Part shown: positions 54,461 to 64,000 of the stretch, piece by piece | Layout: each line of letters begins with the position of its first letter | Position numbering within the stretch: the stretch's first letter is position 1 | Assembly (NCBI GenBank): GCA_030704615.1 | Contig: CM060733.1 | Coordinates: 15,376,001-15,440,000 of the forward strand | Length of the DNA: 64,000 nucleotides | Direction: 5' to 3' | Origin: Takakia lepidozioides | Lineage: Eukaryota > Plantae > Bryophyta | Program-made: the position numbers and the translations under genes | Notes under the pieces: model-generated | Databases searched by the model: none | Seen by the model: only the letters and a program-made list of their open reading frames with translations | Told to the model about the DNA's origin: nothing

Positions 54461-55559
54461 GCATATATTGGTACACTTTTCTTTCAGATCGTTTTTTGTT
54501 ATAAAACAAGCAGTTTCGGCATTGTACTGTAAAAAACAGGGTAGTTTATTAGTTATCTGAAAATCGTTGGTAAAGCACGTAGGAAATTAAACAGTGTCTG
54601 CGACAACCATGGAGTGGAACTCTGGCGTCAAGATGACCGTAGGAAGCTGCATCGACAGCAGATTAGGCTGCCAATTCGGTACCAGTAACGACAAGGTAAT
54701 CATGTTCGAACAACACATGAGGACTGTTCCAATCTAGATTGCGATCTCTTTGTTCTCCCGCTTTTCAAGTCCACACGGTGAGGATCTTGGCAATTGGAAG
54801 AAACAAACTGTACAGCGATGAAATATCGCAATAAAACGAATGGCTGTATCAGAATGACAACAGGTCAGGACAACTTCAAACGGCAAAGCGTGGGCTTGTT
54901 AGTTGTGCGGGACAATTGGAGGGGACTCCGGAAAACCTATGACTCAGTGGCAGGGTCAAAGACCCTAGAGCCACCACCAAGGAATTGATTTCGAAGAAAC
55001 AAACAAATCTGTATGTAGCGAAACTATGACGAAGGGCGAAAGGAGTGACTTTTTACCACCGATGGACCTGAGAATTTACAAGCTGATATGGGGTATATTA
55101 TTGTAGTTTGTCACCATGTTTGACGATTTATGGAGCAGATTGGCAGCAGCGCCAAATTATTGAGTCGACGACACTCACGGTAGCCGATTAATTGAGTTTT
55201 TACTTCATGGATGGATGAAAAATCCTAAAATTCGCATGGATGAGTTGGATGAATGAAATGACAATTCACGCCAACTAGTCATCCATATGGATGGATGAAA
55301 AGCCAGCTTTCATTGGCCTCTAAGACTTTCATCCATGTTGAATATTAAACTATAGTCCCTCCAAGGATACAATAGTTTAAGGAATATTTTTCCTTAGTTT
55401 ATTGGACTCAAAAACAGTATAAATGAAGAGCAAAGCCTTTCTTGCTCTTCATCTAGCTCATTTCAAAGCAATTCCTGTCGGGAACCGCCGTATACATCGT
55501 CTCTCTCCTCCAGTGACAATGGGTCCAATGTCAGGCTCTCAATTGTCCTCCATAACTGC

Positions 55560-56782
55560 AACCTTAAGTCCAGCAGACTTATAGGTAGGAGACGCGTCCC
55601 GTGGTTGCTATGCCGCAACCTCTTGAGCAGTACTTCCTGCCTACTCAGTCAATGACAAGGCCTCATCCTGCCCCATCATCTCATCATTGAGGACCTCCTC
55701 AACCCGAGAAGAATCCCCAATCTCATCCATCACAGCCGCCTTGGCTGCCAACTCCTTCTGAACCTCGAGCACCTCCCACGTGTGCCATGGGTGTCTACAC
55801 CCCGTGGTCCTTACCAGCTCGCCCCCACTCACTGCATGTACCGTCTCGGTAGGCAGAGAGACCGTCAAGGGAAGTGCACTCCACACTCTACGTTGCTCAG
55901 CCATAGCCAAGCTGATAATCCAGGTCAAGCAATTTAGATCCATTGCTTGTCCCAACATCTGACGACGTGATGCCTCAGAAAGAGAAGGCACCGCCGTGGT
56001 CCCGTGGGCCCGCTCTCGCTTGTCGGCATTAGGCTCCACTAACTGCTGCAACTGAGCATCCCACAGGAGGCCAGGTCCGCTATCCCGGAAAGCATGCGAT
56101 CTTGGGAAGCTGAGTAGTGTAGGTAGTGCTGCTCGTGGTTGACCCACCTTGTTGACCACTGCCAAAAGCAAAATGGTCATTGTCTCACACGCTGAGACTG
56201 CCTCCCTATGTCCAAAATGCTATCCACTGTAAGGCGTGCTGGCCGCTGCACCCCATCAAATGCACGCTTAAGCAGTGCGGGTGGCATCAAGTTAGTCCAC
56301 CATAACCGTGGACAATGAGCCCGTGAACCCACTGCAGCTGCATCCAGCAACACTGCTGACCCAAGCCACGACCGGACTTGATGCACACTGGCCATCACCC
56401 TGGCACGAGAATCGCCCATCAGTGGCACATTCTCCAAGATGTATGCTGGAGATACAGCCTGCTGAAGCTATAAGTGGCACAAAATCCGCACCATCTCCCA
56501 AAACAGACCCGACCTTGAGTCTCGCAATCCATTGCCATGCCCGGCTGATGAATACCCTTGGCAGGGCCAACCTGCCACTACAAAAATCAATGGAGCCAAC
56601 CCGCTCCAAATCCTGCGCCCCCAACAATGAAATGTCTGCTGGCAAGGCCTGTTGATATCCACGAGATGCAGACACCGGCAACAACTCAGGGTACTGCTAC
56701 ATCAACTGAGCAACATGGTGTAGGGAGACGCGTCGTGCAGTCTCATCCCTCTCCACATACAAGTACCGCCGTACTCGTACAC
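55560..56782 (-). pseudogene. Intronless C5-cytosine DNA methyltransferase remnant, probably retrotransposon-borne
   Basis: Motifs in order: YLYVERD (II), VVAGWPCQGYS..G.GLRDSRSGLFWE (IV), ENV (VI), AHCPRLWWTN (VIII), LGQAMD (X). Motif I is missing; stops and frameshifts are present. Confidence 0.85.
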
Positions 56783-57494
56783 ATGAAATGGATCAAAACA
56801 AACTCCGTTCGACGGTCCCGAGGAGGGAGGACAAAGATAAAGCAGACATTGGGAGGGGAGGATCCAGAGGATCCCCGAAAGGAAGTTCTAAAAACCAAAC
56901 TAGTGTAGATCCAAGATGGGCATAAGGACCGGTTGACACTCTGAATTGCTTTCGTTTATGGATCTCAAAGGACAGATGAATGAGTTGAAAAGGAATCCCA
57001 AGGAATAAAGCCAAGTCAAAAATCAGAGCAGGCGAGGCATGAGAAGAGGCCATAAACAAGGAAGGAAGGCGCTTGGAAGGCTCTGGCCGGGTATCAACCA
57101 GGGTATCAAGTATCAACTAGGGTATTGAATAACTGACCCGGTTGGTATTGGCAATTCCAATACTATGGTTGATAACCGGACCGGCTGGTATTGCCAAGGC
57201 AATACCCTGGTGCATACCCGTATTATGGGCAAAAACAATGACTATACCATGGTATGAATAGGAAATTGGCTGAGTGCACAACATGTTAGGGGTAAGAGGG
57301 TACACATGTCAGGGAGGCCCCAAGGGCCCGCCACTATGCTTCATTTCCTACCACATGTAGGGCGGGCCGCCCCTATCCTTTAAGTTTTTTTATCACATGT
57401 AGTATATGTGTCTTATGTTTATTTGACAATGAGGGTTGCAATCAGTTTTCTTTTAACTAATCTTGCTTCAATTTGGATACTAAAATCTACAATG

Positions 57495-57757
57495 TTGTTG
57501 TTGTTGTTGTTGTTGTTTTTATTTTTTATTTTTTATTTTTTTAAGGTAAGGAAACATGGGAGCGACCTGCTCACAATTGGCCCTTAAGGAGGGGGGAAAA
57601 TTAACCCCCTTTCAGATAAGCCATTAGGCACACAGGTGGGAAACGCCACCACCAGACCAACCGGTCACGAACGATCCACACACCAGGCAGGGCAGCGGGT
57701 TTGAACCCCGAACCACCGGGGCGACACATTGTGCACTTACCAGCTAAGCTACCAGCT
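57495..57757 (-). mobile_element. tRNA-derived SINE
   Basis: Minus strand head GCTGGTAGCTTAGCTGGT (A box) ... GGTTCAAACCC (B box), with an A-rich/(AAC)n tail at ~57495-57542. Confidence 0.6.
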
Positions 57758-58409
57758 GATGTGCTTGTTATTATGTAATGCAAAGACTGAAATTTGCAAC
57801 ATAATAATTAAGTAGGGCTTCGCGTTGCTCCGCACTACTAGCAATGAATTCTGAGAACTACGTTCAATTGGTACCAAAAAGGCGGGGTCATTTGCAAGGT
57901 GTTACATACATACATCCCGTGTTTCATTGTTTTGTGCAAGAAGAATGGTGAAGTGTTGCCGAAGCTATCATGTCATGTCTCCGTATTTCATTGTTTGATG
58001 CAGCTACCTCTATATATACCCAAGAAGTGAGGGGGAGTTGAACCGCCTTTTCTGTATTTTTCTCTTCGTAGATCGGAAGTCGGTTGTTTGTATCTTTTCC
58101 GTCGCTCATCATTTAGTCTCTCATCATTTAGTTTTATTGTCTTGATAAAAAATAATTGATGACGCATTCCCCATAGAGACATGTTTGAACCACTCTGAAG
58201 ATGTGAACGACAAATGTGATCCTAATTGGATTTTTCAGCTCAAAAACTCAAACGTCGCCTTAAGGTTATGTGCTTGAGAAAACTGCCTCCACCCCACATT
58301 TAGACGCGTATGCAAATGTTTTACATATCACATCACAGGCCAATGTTTGCCAACAATGTCCACCAGCAGTAATTCTGTATTTGCTTAGATTGAAGCCCAA
58401 GTGCAACCT

Positions 58410-59290
58410 CTAGGCCCTAGGGTAGCCTTTGCCGTTGGCCCAAGTGTCCAATGTCATCTAAATAAGTTTTTTTCCAGAGAGCCTACAACCAGATTTGAAC
58501 CGGAGACCTTTCCCTTGATATCTCTCCCGTCGGGGCTCCAACCGTTGCCCCAGGAATGCCCACTTTGCCATTTTTGCTATTTTTTGTGAATTTCCAGTGA
58601 CCAAAAGTACTTGGAATTCCACATCTCCCACATTGCAGGTCCAAAAATCGTGAGACCAAGCCCGTGCACCCCTCCTCGTCGAGGGCTTTCCAACGGTACT
58701 AAGCACCACGGCTTGCGGTTTGGGACATCTCAACGTGACAAAACAAAACAAAACAAAACAAAACAAACGTTTTAATTCATATATTGACTAGGGTAGCTGT
58801 GCCGTTGGCCCAAGTTTCCAGTGCTATCTAAGCCCAAGTACATTCTCCTATGTCGAGGCCCAAGTGTCCCATGTGCATCTCCTATGTCGAGGCCCATCCA
58901 AGCCCAAGCGCAATCTTCTATGTATCCAAGTGCATCTCCCATGTAGAGGCCCAAGTGTCCAGTGTCATCTAAGCCCAAGTGCAATCTTCTATGTATCCAA
59001 GGGCGTCTCCCATGTGCATCTCATATTTCCTATGTATCCAAGTTCGTCTCCCATGTCAAGGCCCCATTTTATTTTTCATGAATTTATTGAGTGGTAATAT
59101 CCAATCATTATTGATATATCTCTCGTCTCTAGGGTAGCCTGTGCCATTGGCCTAAGTGTCCAATGTCATCTAAGTCCAAATGTATTTTTTTCCACATAGC
59201 AACCAGATTTGAGCCGGAGACCTTTCCCTTGATATCTCTCTTGTCGAGGCTCCAACCATTGTGCCAGGAATGCCCACTTTGCTATTTTTC
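58410..59290. repeat. Direct duplications and short tandem repeats (GGCCCAAGTGTCC unit) next to the Helitron remnant
   Basis: 58418-58570 is duplicated at 59129-59285; repeated gaggcccaagtg units at 58790-59065. Confidence 0.6.
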
Positions 59291-59329
59291 ACAACAAAAA
59301 AACATCAATAAACACAGATAATGATGCGA

Positions 59330-60240
59330 TCCAGCCCATCATGGACACGTCCGGACTCATCGATTTTGACGGAATCGACATAAAGCATGATGACCTAATC
59401 TCCAATGCCTACAACAAAACATGTACCTGTCATACACGCATAAAACCAAAATGGTTAACGAATACGCAAACCCAAAACTGATCGCGTACATGTTTCCAAC
59501 GTTATTTCCGTTTGGAATCGGCATAACCGAAATGAAAAACCGTCCAATTAAAGTAACTTTGGAGGCCCACATTGGGTATTTGATGAGTCTACCTGATATC
59601 CATCACGACTTTTCGAAATACCACTTGTTTCCATTCTTCATGTTCAATTTGATGCAACGTAGACCAATATGTCTAGGCGCAAAATTGATAGTGTCGAGAT
59701 CGGCATTTCAAAGTGAAGCATAACTCCTTAACAATATTCGTTCAGAAGACTTCAACGACATAATAGACGACGTGAAAACAATAAACAACAAACCGGAAAT
59801 ATAAAAGTTATTGCGACACTTGAAAATATCAAGTAAACATGTGATGACATTTGGTAGCAGTTGCGCAATACAGAGAAACGAAATATTCAGCATGATGCAG
59901 CAGTTGGGAACACCAAGTTTATTCTTCATTTTGAATCCAGTATTCATATATCGTCCTCTAGTGTCCCTACTAAGTGGGAACGACATCAATCTTGACATTT
60001 TTTTCGACAATAACCTCCCGGACCACAATGAAAGGCGTGCAATTGCCACTACGAATCCGAGATCTCAAGCTAAATCTGTACACATCAATTTTTAAATACC
60101 TACTCCATATCAGAGAGACTGCCAAAACTACCACAACAAATATGGGGAGTACTTGGAAACTAAACGCATATTACGGTTGTTACGAAACCGCGAAAAATGG
60201 TTCACTTCACATACACACATTGTTGTGGCTTAAAATTAAT
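59330..60240 (+). mobile_element. Helitron Rep (HUH) remnant
   Basis: MFPTLFPFGIG, FPFFMFNLMQRR, GTPSLFFILNP, YYGCYE..KNGSLHIHTLLWL. Confidence 0.85.
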
Positions 60241-60639
60241 TTAAATTCAATTAAATTCTGGAATGGCTTGAGGGGTGAGCACGTCGATGGGGAGGCAAAT
60301 GATTTATTCGTCTGTTGTGTCTCCGCACATGTGTCGCACACATGTTCAAGCACATGGGGGCAAAAGAGGGGCTTCAACCACATCCGTTCAATGGGTGCAA
60401 TAGTCGTGCACGCATTGCACGATTTCTTTTTCGTATTGAACAAAAACCAGATGACAAGTGAACGCCTCGTTGGCCCATCGAACAAATTTCGATTGATCTC
60501 ATATTACACTGGGACGTATCGAGAGGGTACATTGAACACACTGGCCAAAGTCTCAAAGCGAACGAAAATCATTTGGATGGGCAACCATCCATTGGCCCAT
60601 TGAACGGTTTTCATAGACCGCTCCATACTGAGACATAAA

Positions 60640-63600
60640 AAGCTGGTTTAGCATCTGTGTATGTTTGGACATGTTCCTATGTTCCTCACCGTAGAGTCAA
60701 ATGGAGCCCAAAACGACTTGCATGAATGTTGTTGAAAGCTCATTGGCACCCCTCCGTAAACGAACTTGTCAAAATATTGATGCAGTCGGATTTGCTGGCA
60801 CAAAAGCCTTCTATGGAGCACGGAGCAGAGTTGGCACGAGTTTTTTGACGATCCTTCACGATGGTGGGACAACTCCAATCGCAAGGTGTGGCTTTTTCTT
60901 AATGTACGATGTGTCATCCTGCAAATGTGGGCTCTTGGCTCTTCCTGTTAGTGTCACGATTTGGTATTTCTCCTTGGTGTTCAAGGTACTTGGGAGAGTC
61001 AGCTTGGTCTTAGGAGATCGGGTTTCAATCTATGGCTACTCGGCTGCACCGTGGTGGCTCCCACAGACCAATCCGACATCACCTGACTACTGACACAAGC
61101 AGGACACATAAGAGGTCCTTTTGGGTTGATGGTCGATTGAATGCTCCATGGGTCATGACACAAAGTCAAGAACAATGTGGTGGGGCAACCTTCTTCCTCA
61201 ACCTATTTCAGCCTGGTTTTCCCTCTCTTCAGAACTGTCCCTGATTTTGCATGTTGAATTCTGTAAAGTAGCTCATTGGGTGGATCTATGGTGGTTTGGA
61301 GTGATTTTGACATGTTGCTTCCAATGTGGCAGCGGGAAAGTACCCCAAAATAGATATCACAGATGAAAAGCTTTGGAATGAATATTTTTCTGACCCCAGT
61401 CAATGGTGGGACAATCGAGGCGAAAAGGTGAATCATGTTGGATTACACAGAGAAGCAGACCCAATTGAAAATTGGGACTAGTGTGATAAGTAGGGTTGGA
61501 GTGTTTGTTGGAAGAACTCTATGCTGTCAGGAGATATACATCATTTGTGCAGAGGCAGGGATAGCTGAAGGAGCAGGGATTGAGTGTGGGTCCAGATTCA
61601 TCCAAGAGGGCCGGATTTCAAACACAAGATTACTTGTGATTCCCTGTGGATCAATAGCTACAAGAAACCTGCATGGGTACATGGTCAACTGGAAGCAGCA
61701 GCGGCAGCAGCACAGTTGATGAAATCAAGCACTGCTAATGAAGGCACCTTCTTCAACACATGTCGACCTGTTTTCCCTCTTATTAGAGTTGTCCCTAATT
61801 TCCATGTTGAATCCTGCAAGTTAGCTTGTTGGGTGGACCTATGGAATGTTTTGACATGTTATTGTGAATGTGGCAACAGAAAAGTATCCAAAAACAGATA
61901 CCAGAGATGAGGAGAAGCTTTGGAATGAATTCTTCTCCGACCCCAGTCAATGGTGGGACAATCGAGGCGAAAAGGTGAATGCCTGTTAGATTACAGAGAG
62001 AAGCAGATGCAATTCAGCATAGGCACTAGTGTGGTAAGGGTGGGATGTTTGTTAGAACAAATATAGGCTGTCATTGTCAGCTGCTAGCAGCAAGGCGAGG
62101 GATGTATGCATGATTTGTGCAGAGGCAGGGATAGCTGAAGGAGCAAGGATATGTGGGTTCAGACTCATCCAAGAGGGCCGGATTTCAAGCACAAGAGTAC
62201 CTATGATTCCCTGTGGATCAATAGCTACAAGAAACCTACATGGGTAGATGGTCAACTAGAAGCAGCAGCGGCAGCAACACAGTTGATAAAATCAGGCACC
62301 TCGACCATGACCACAGCTTCTGAAAGAGGGCCAAGAGAGGGAGTCCACAATGCCTCTTCTGGGACTTCTCGACATGTGAAGATGCTTTGTGTGGCAGCCG
62401 GACTGACTGAGGCTCTACAAACTTTAAACCAAGGAGGAGGCCTTTCAGCAGATTCAGACATGTATGTCTGTCTCTTGCATAAGTACATCAAGATGAAAGG
62501 CCTGGAAGTTGGAAAACAGGTGCACGCTCACATGATCCAAAGTGGATTCAAGCCAAACGTTTTCCTACATAACACCCTTGTCAACATATATGTTAAGTGC
62601 GGGAGCATCATGGATGCTCACCAAGTGTTCAACAGGATGCCTCAACGATCTCTGTTCACGTGGAATATAATGTTGGCATGATTTACCAAGCATGGGTGTG
62701 GTACAAATGCTTTGGAGACCTATGACCAAATGATGCGGGAAGGGGTGAAGCCCGACCACATCACGTTTGTTTGCGTTTGCAATGCGTGTGCGAGCCTGCC
62801 AGATTTGGACGCAAAGAGGTCCATGGTGACATCGTCAAAGCTGGAATTGTACCATATGTCATTCTGAACAATACCCTCGTGGACATGTATTCCAAATGTG
62901 GGTGCATTGAGGATGCAAAGGGAGTTTTCGACGATATGGCTGAACGAAATGTGGTATCGTGGAGTGCGATGATTGCAGGATATGCACAGCAGGGGTGCGA
63001 GATAGATGCTTTGGAGACCTATGAGCAAATGTTGCGGGAAGGGGTGAAGCCCAATCAGATCACGTTTGTTTGCGTTTGCAATGCGTGTGCGAGCGTGGCA
63101 GCCCTGGAGAAGGGCAAAGAGGTCCATGGTGACATCGTCAAAGCTGGAATTGTACCAGATGTTATTCTGAATAGTACCCTCGTGGACATGTATGCCAAAT
63201 GTGGGTGCATCAAGGATGCAAAGGCAGTGTTTGACATTATGGCTGAACGTGATGTGGTATCGTGGAGCGCGATGATCGCGGGATATGCACAGCAGGGGCG
63301 CGGGATGGAGGCTTTGGAGACATATGAGCAAATGATGGAGGAAGGGGTGAAGCCCAACCAGATCACATTTGTTTGTGTTTGCAATGCGTGTGCGAGCCTG
63401 GCGGCCCTGGAAAAGGGCGAAGAGGTCCATGGTGATATCGTCAAAGCTGGAATTGTACCAGATGTCATTCTAAACACTGCCCTTGTGGACATGTATGCCA
63501 AATGCGAAGGGAGTGTTCAACAATATGGCCGAACGAGGTGTGGTGTCCTGGAACGGTATGATCGCAGGATATGCCCAGCATGGTTTTCATAGGGAAGCCC

Positions 63601-64000
63601 TGCAACTGTTTGAAGGAATGCAAATGGAAGGCTTGAAGCCAGACGGTATCACCTTTATTTGTGTTCTCTCCGCGTGTAGCCACGTTGGCCTACTGGATGA
63701 AGGATTATGCTACTTCGGTTCCCTGAGTCAAGCTCATGGTGGCACTCCAACAATAAAACACTTTGGCTGCATGGTGGACCTTCTTGGACGTGCTGGGCGA
63801 TCAAACGAGGCAAAAGATATTATTGATAAAATGCCAATGAAGCCAAATGTTGTGGTTTGGAAGGCCTTGCTTGGTGCCTGCAGAATCCATGGCAATGTGG
63901 AGATGGCTGAACACGCGGCCACATCTATTCTCAAGTGGGATGAACAGGATGCCGCAACTTATGTGTTGCTATCAAACATCTATGCCGCAGCTGGCAGGTG
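60640..64000 (+). pseudogene. 3x OSB-type PDF motif plus PLS-class PPR plus E-domain gene; damaged; runs off the window end
   Basis: PDF halves at ~60818-60885/61067, ~61342-61407/61597 and ~61906-61974/62163. ORF 62151-62681 joins PDF to PPR in frame. Premature TGA at 62679; frameshifts/deletions at ~62800 and ~63505. E1/E2 PNVVVWKALLGACRIHGN..YVLLSNIYA. Confidence 0.9.

Noticed and set aside
57690-57757. tRNA gene
   Set aside because: A and B boxes are present but there is no convincing cloverleaf; the body and A-rich tail fit a SINE.
62679-62681. Stop codon rescued by RNA editing
   Set aside because: Paralogs have GGA here. G-to-T is not reversible by plant C/U editing, and this is a nuclear gene with further frameshifts.

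Overview
Eukaryotic nuclear DNA from a non-seed land plant (probably a moss with heavy organellar RNA editing; this is inference). It is TE-rich. There is one apparently intact host gene, a multi-exon Slo/BK-family K+ channel (~5968-15351, +). A cluster of damaged PLS-class PPR/DYW editing-factor copies carries N-terminal OSB-type 'PDF' ssDNA-binding motifs (1-2150, 35.4-37.7 kb, 52.2-54.5 kb, 60.6-64 kb). The standout is an ~11 kb Mutator-like element (16630-27680, 9-bp TSD) nested in a hAT-like MITE. Its transposase lies head-to-head with a spliced gene fusing a ParB-like domain to a beta-class (N6A/N4C-type) DNA methyltransferase. Its introns and 3' end carry 17 copies of a 22-bp palindrome, nearly all spaced at integer helical turns. 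Also present: a 7.3 kb CACTA-bounded segment holding host-gene fragments and splitting another transposase, a CRE/R2-like RLE retrotransposon, L1 fragments, a Ty3/gypsy gag-protease, a C5-cytosine methyltransferase remnant, a Helitron Rep remnant, a tRNA-derived SINE and a TTAA-flanked piggyBac-like insert. All exon and boundary calls were read by eye.
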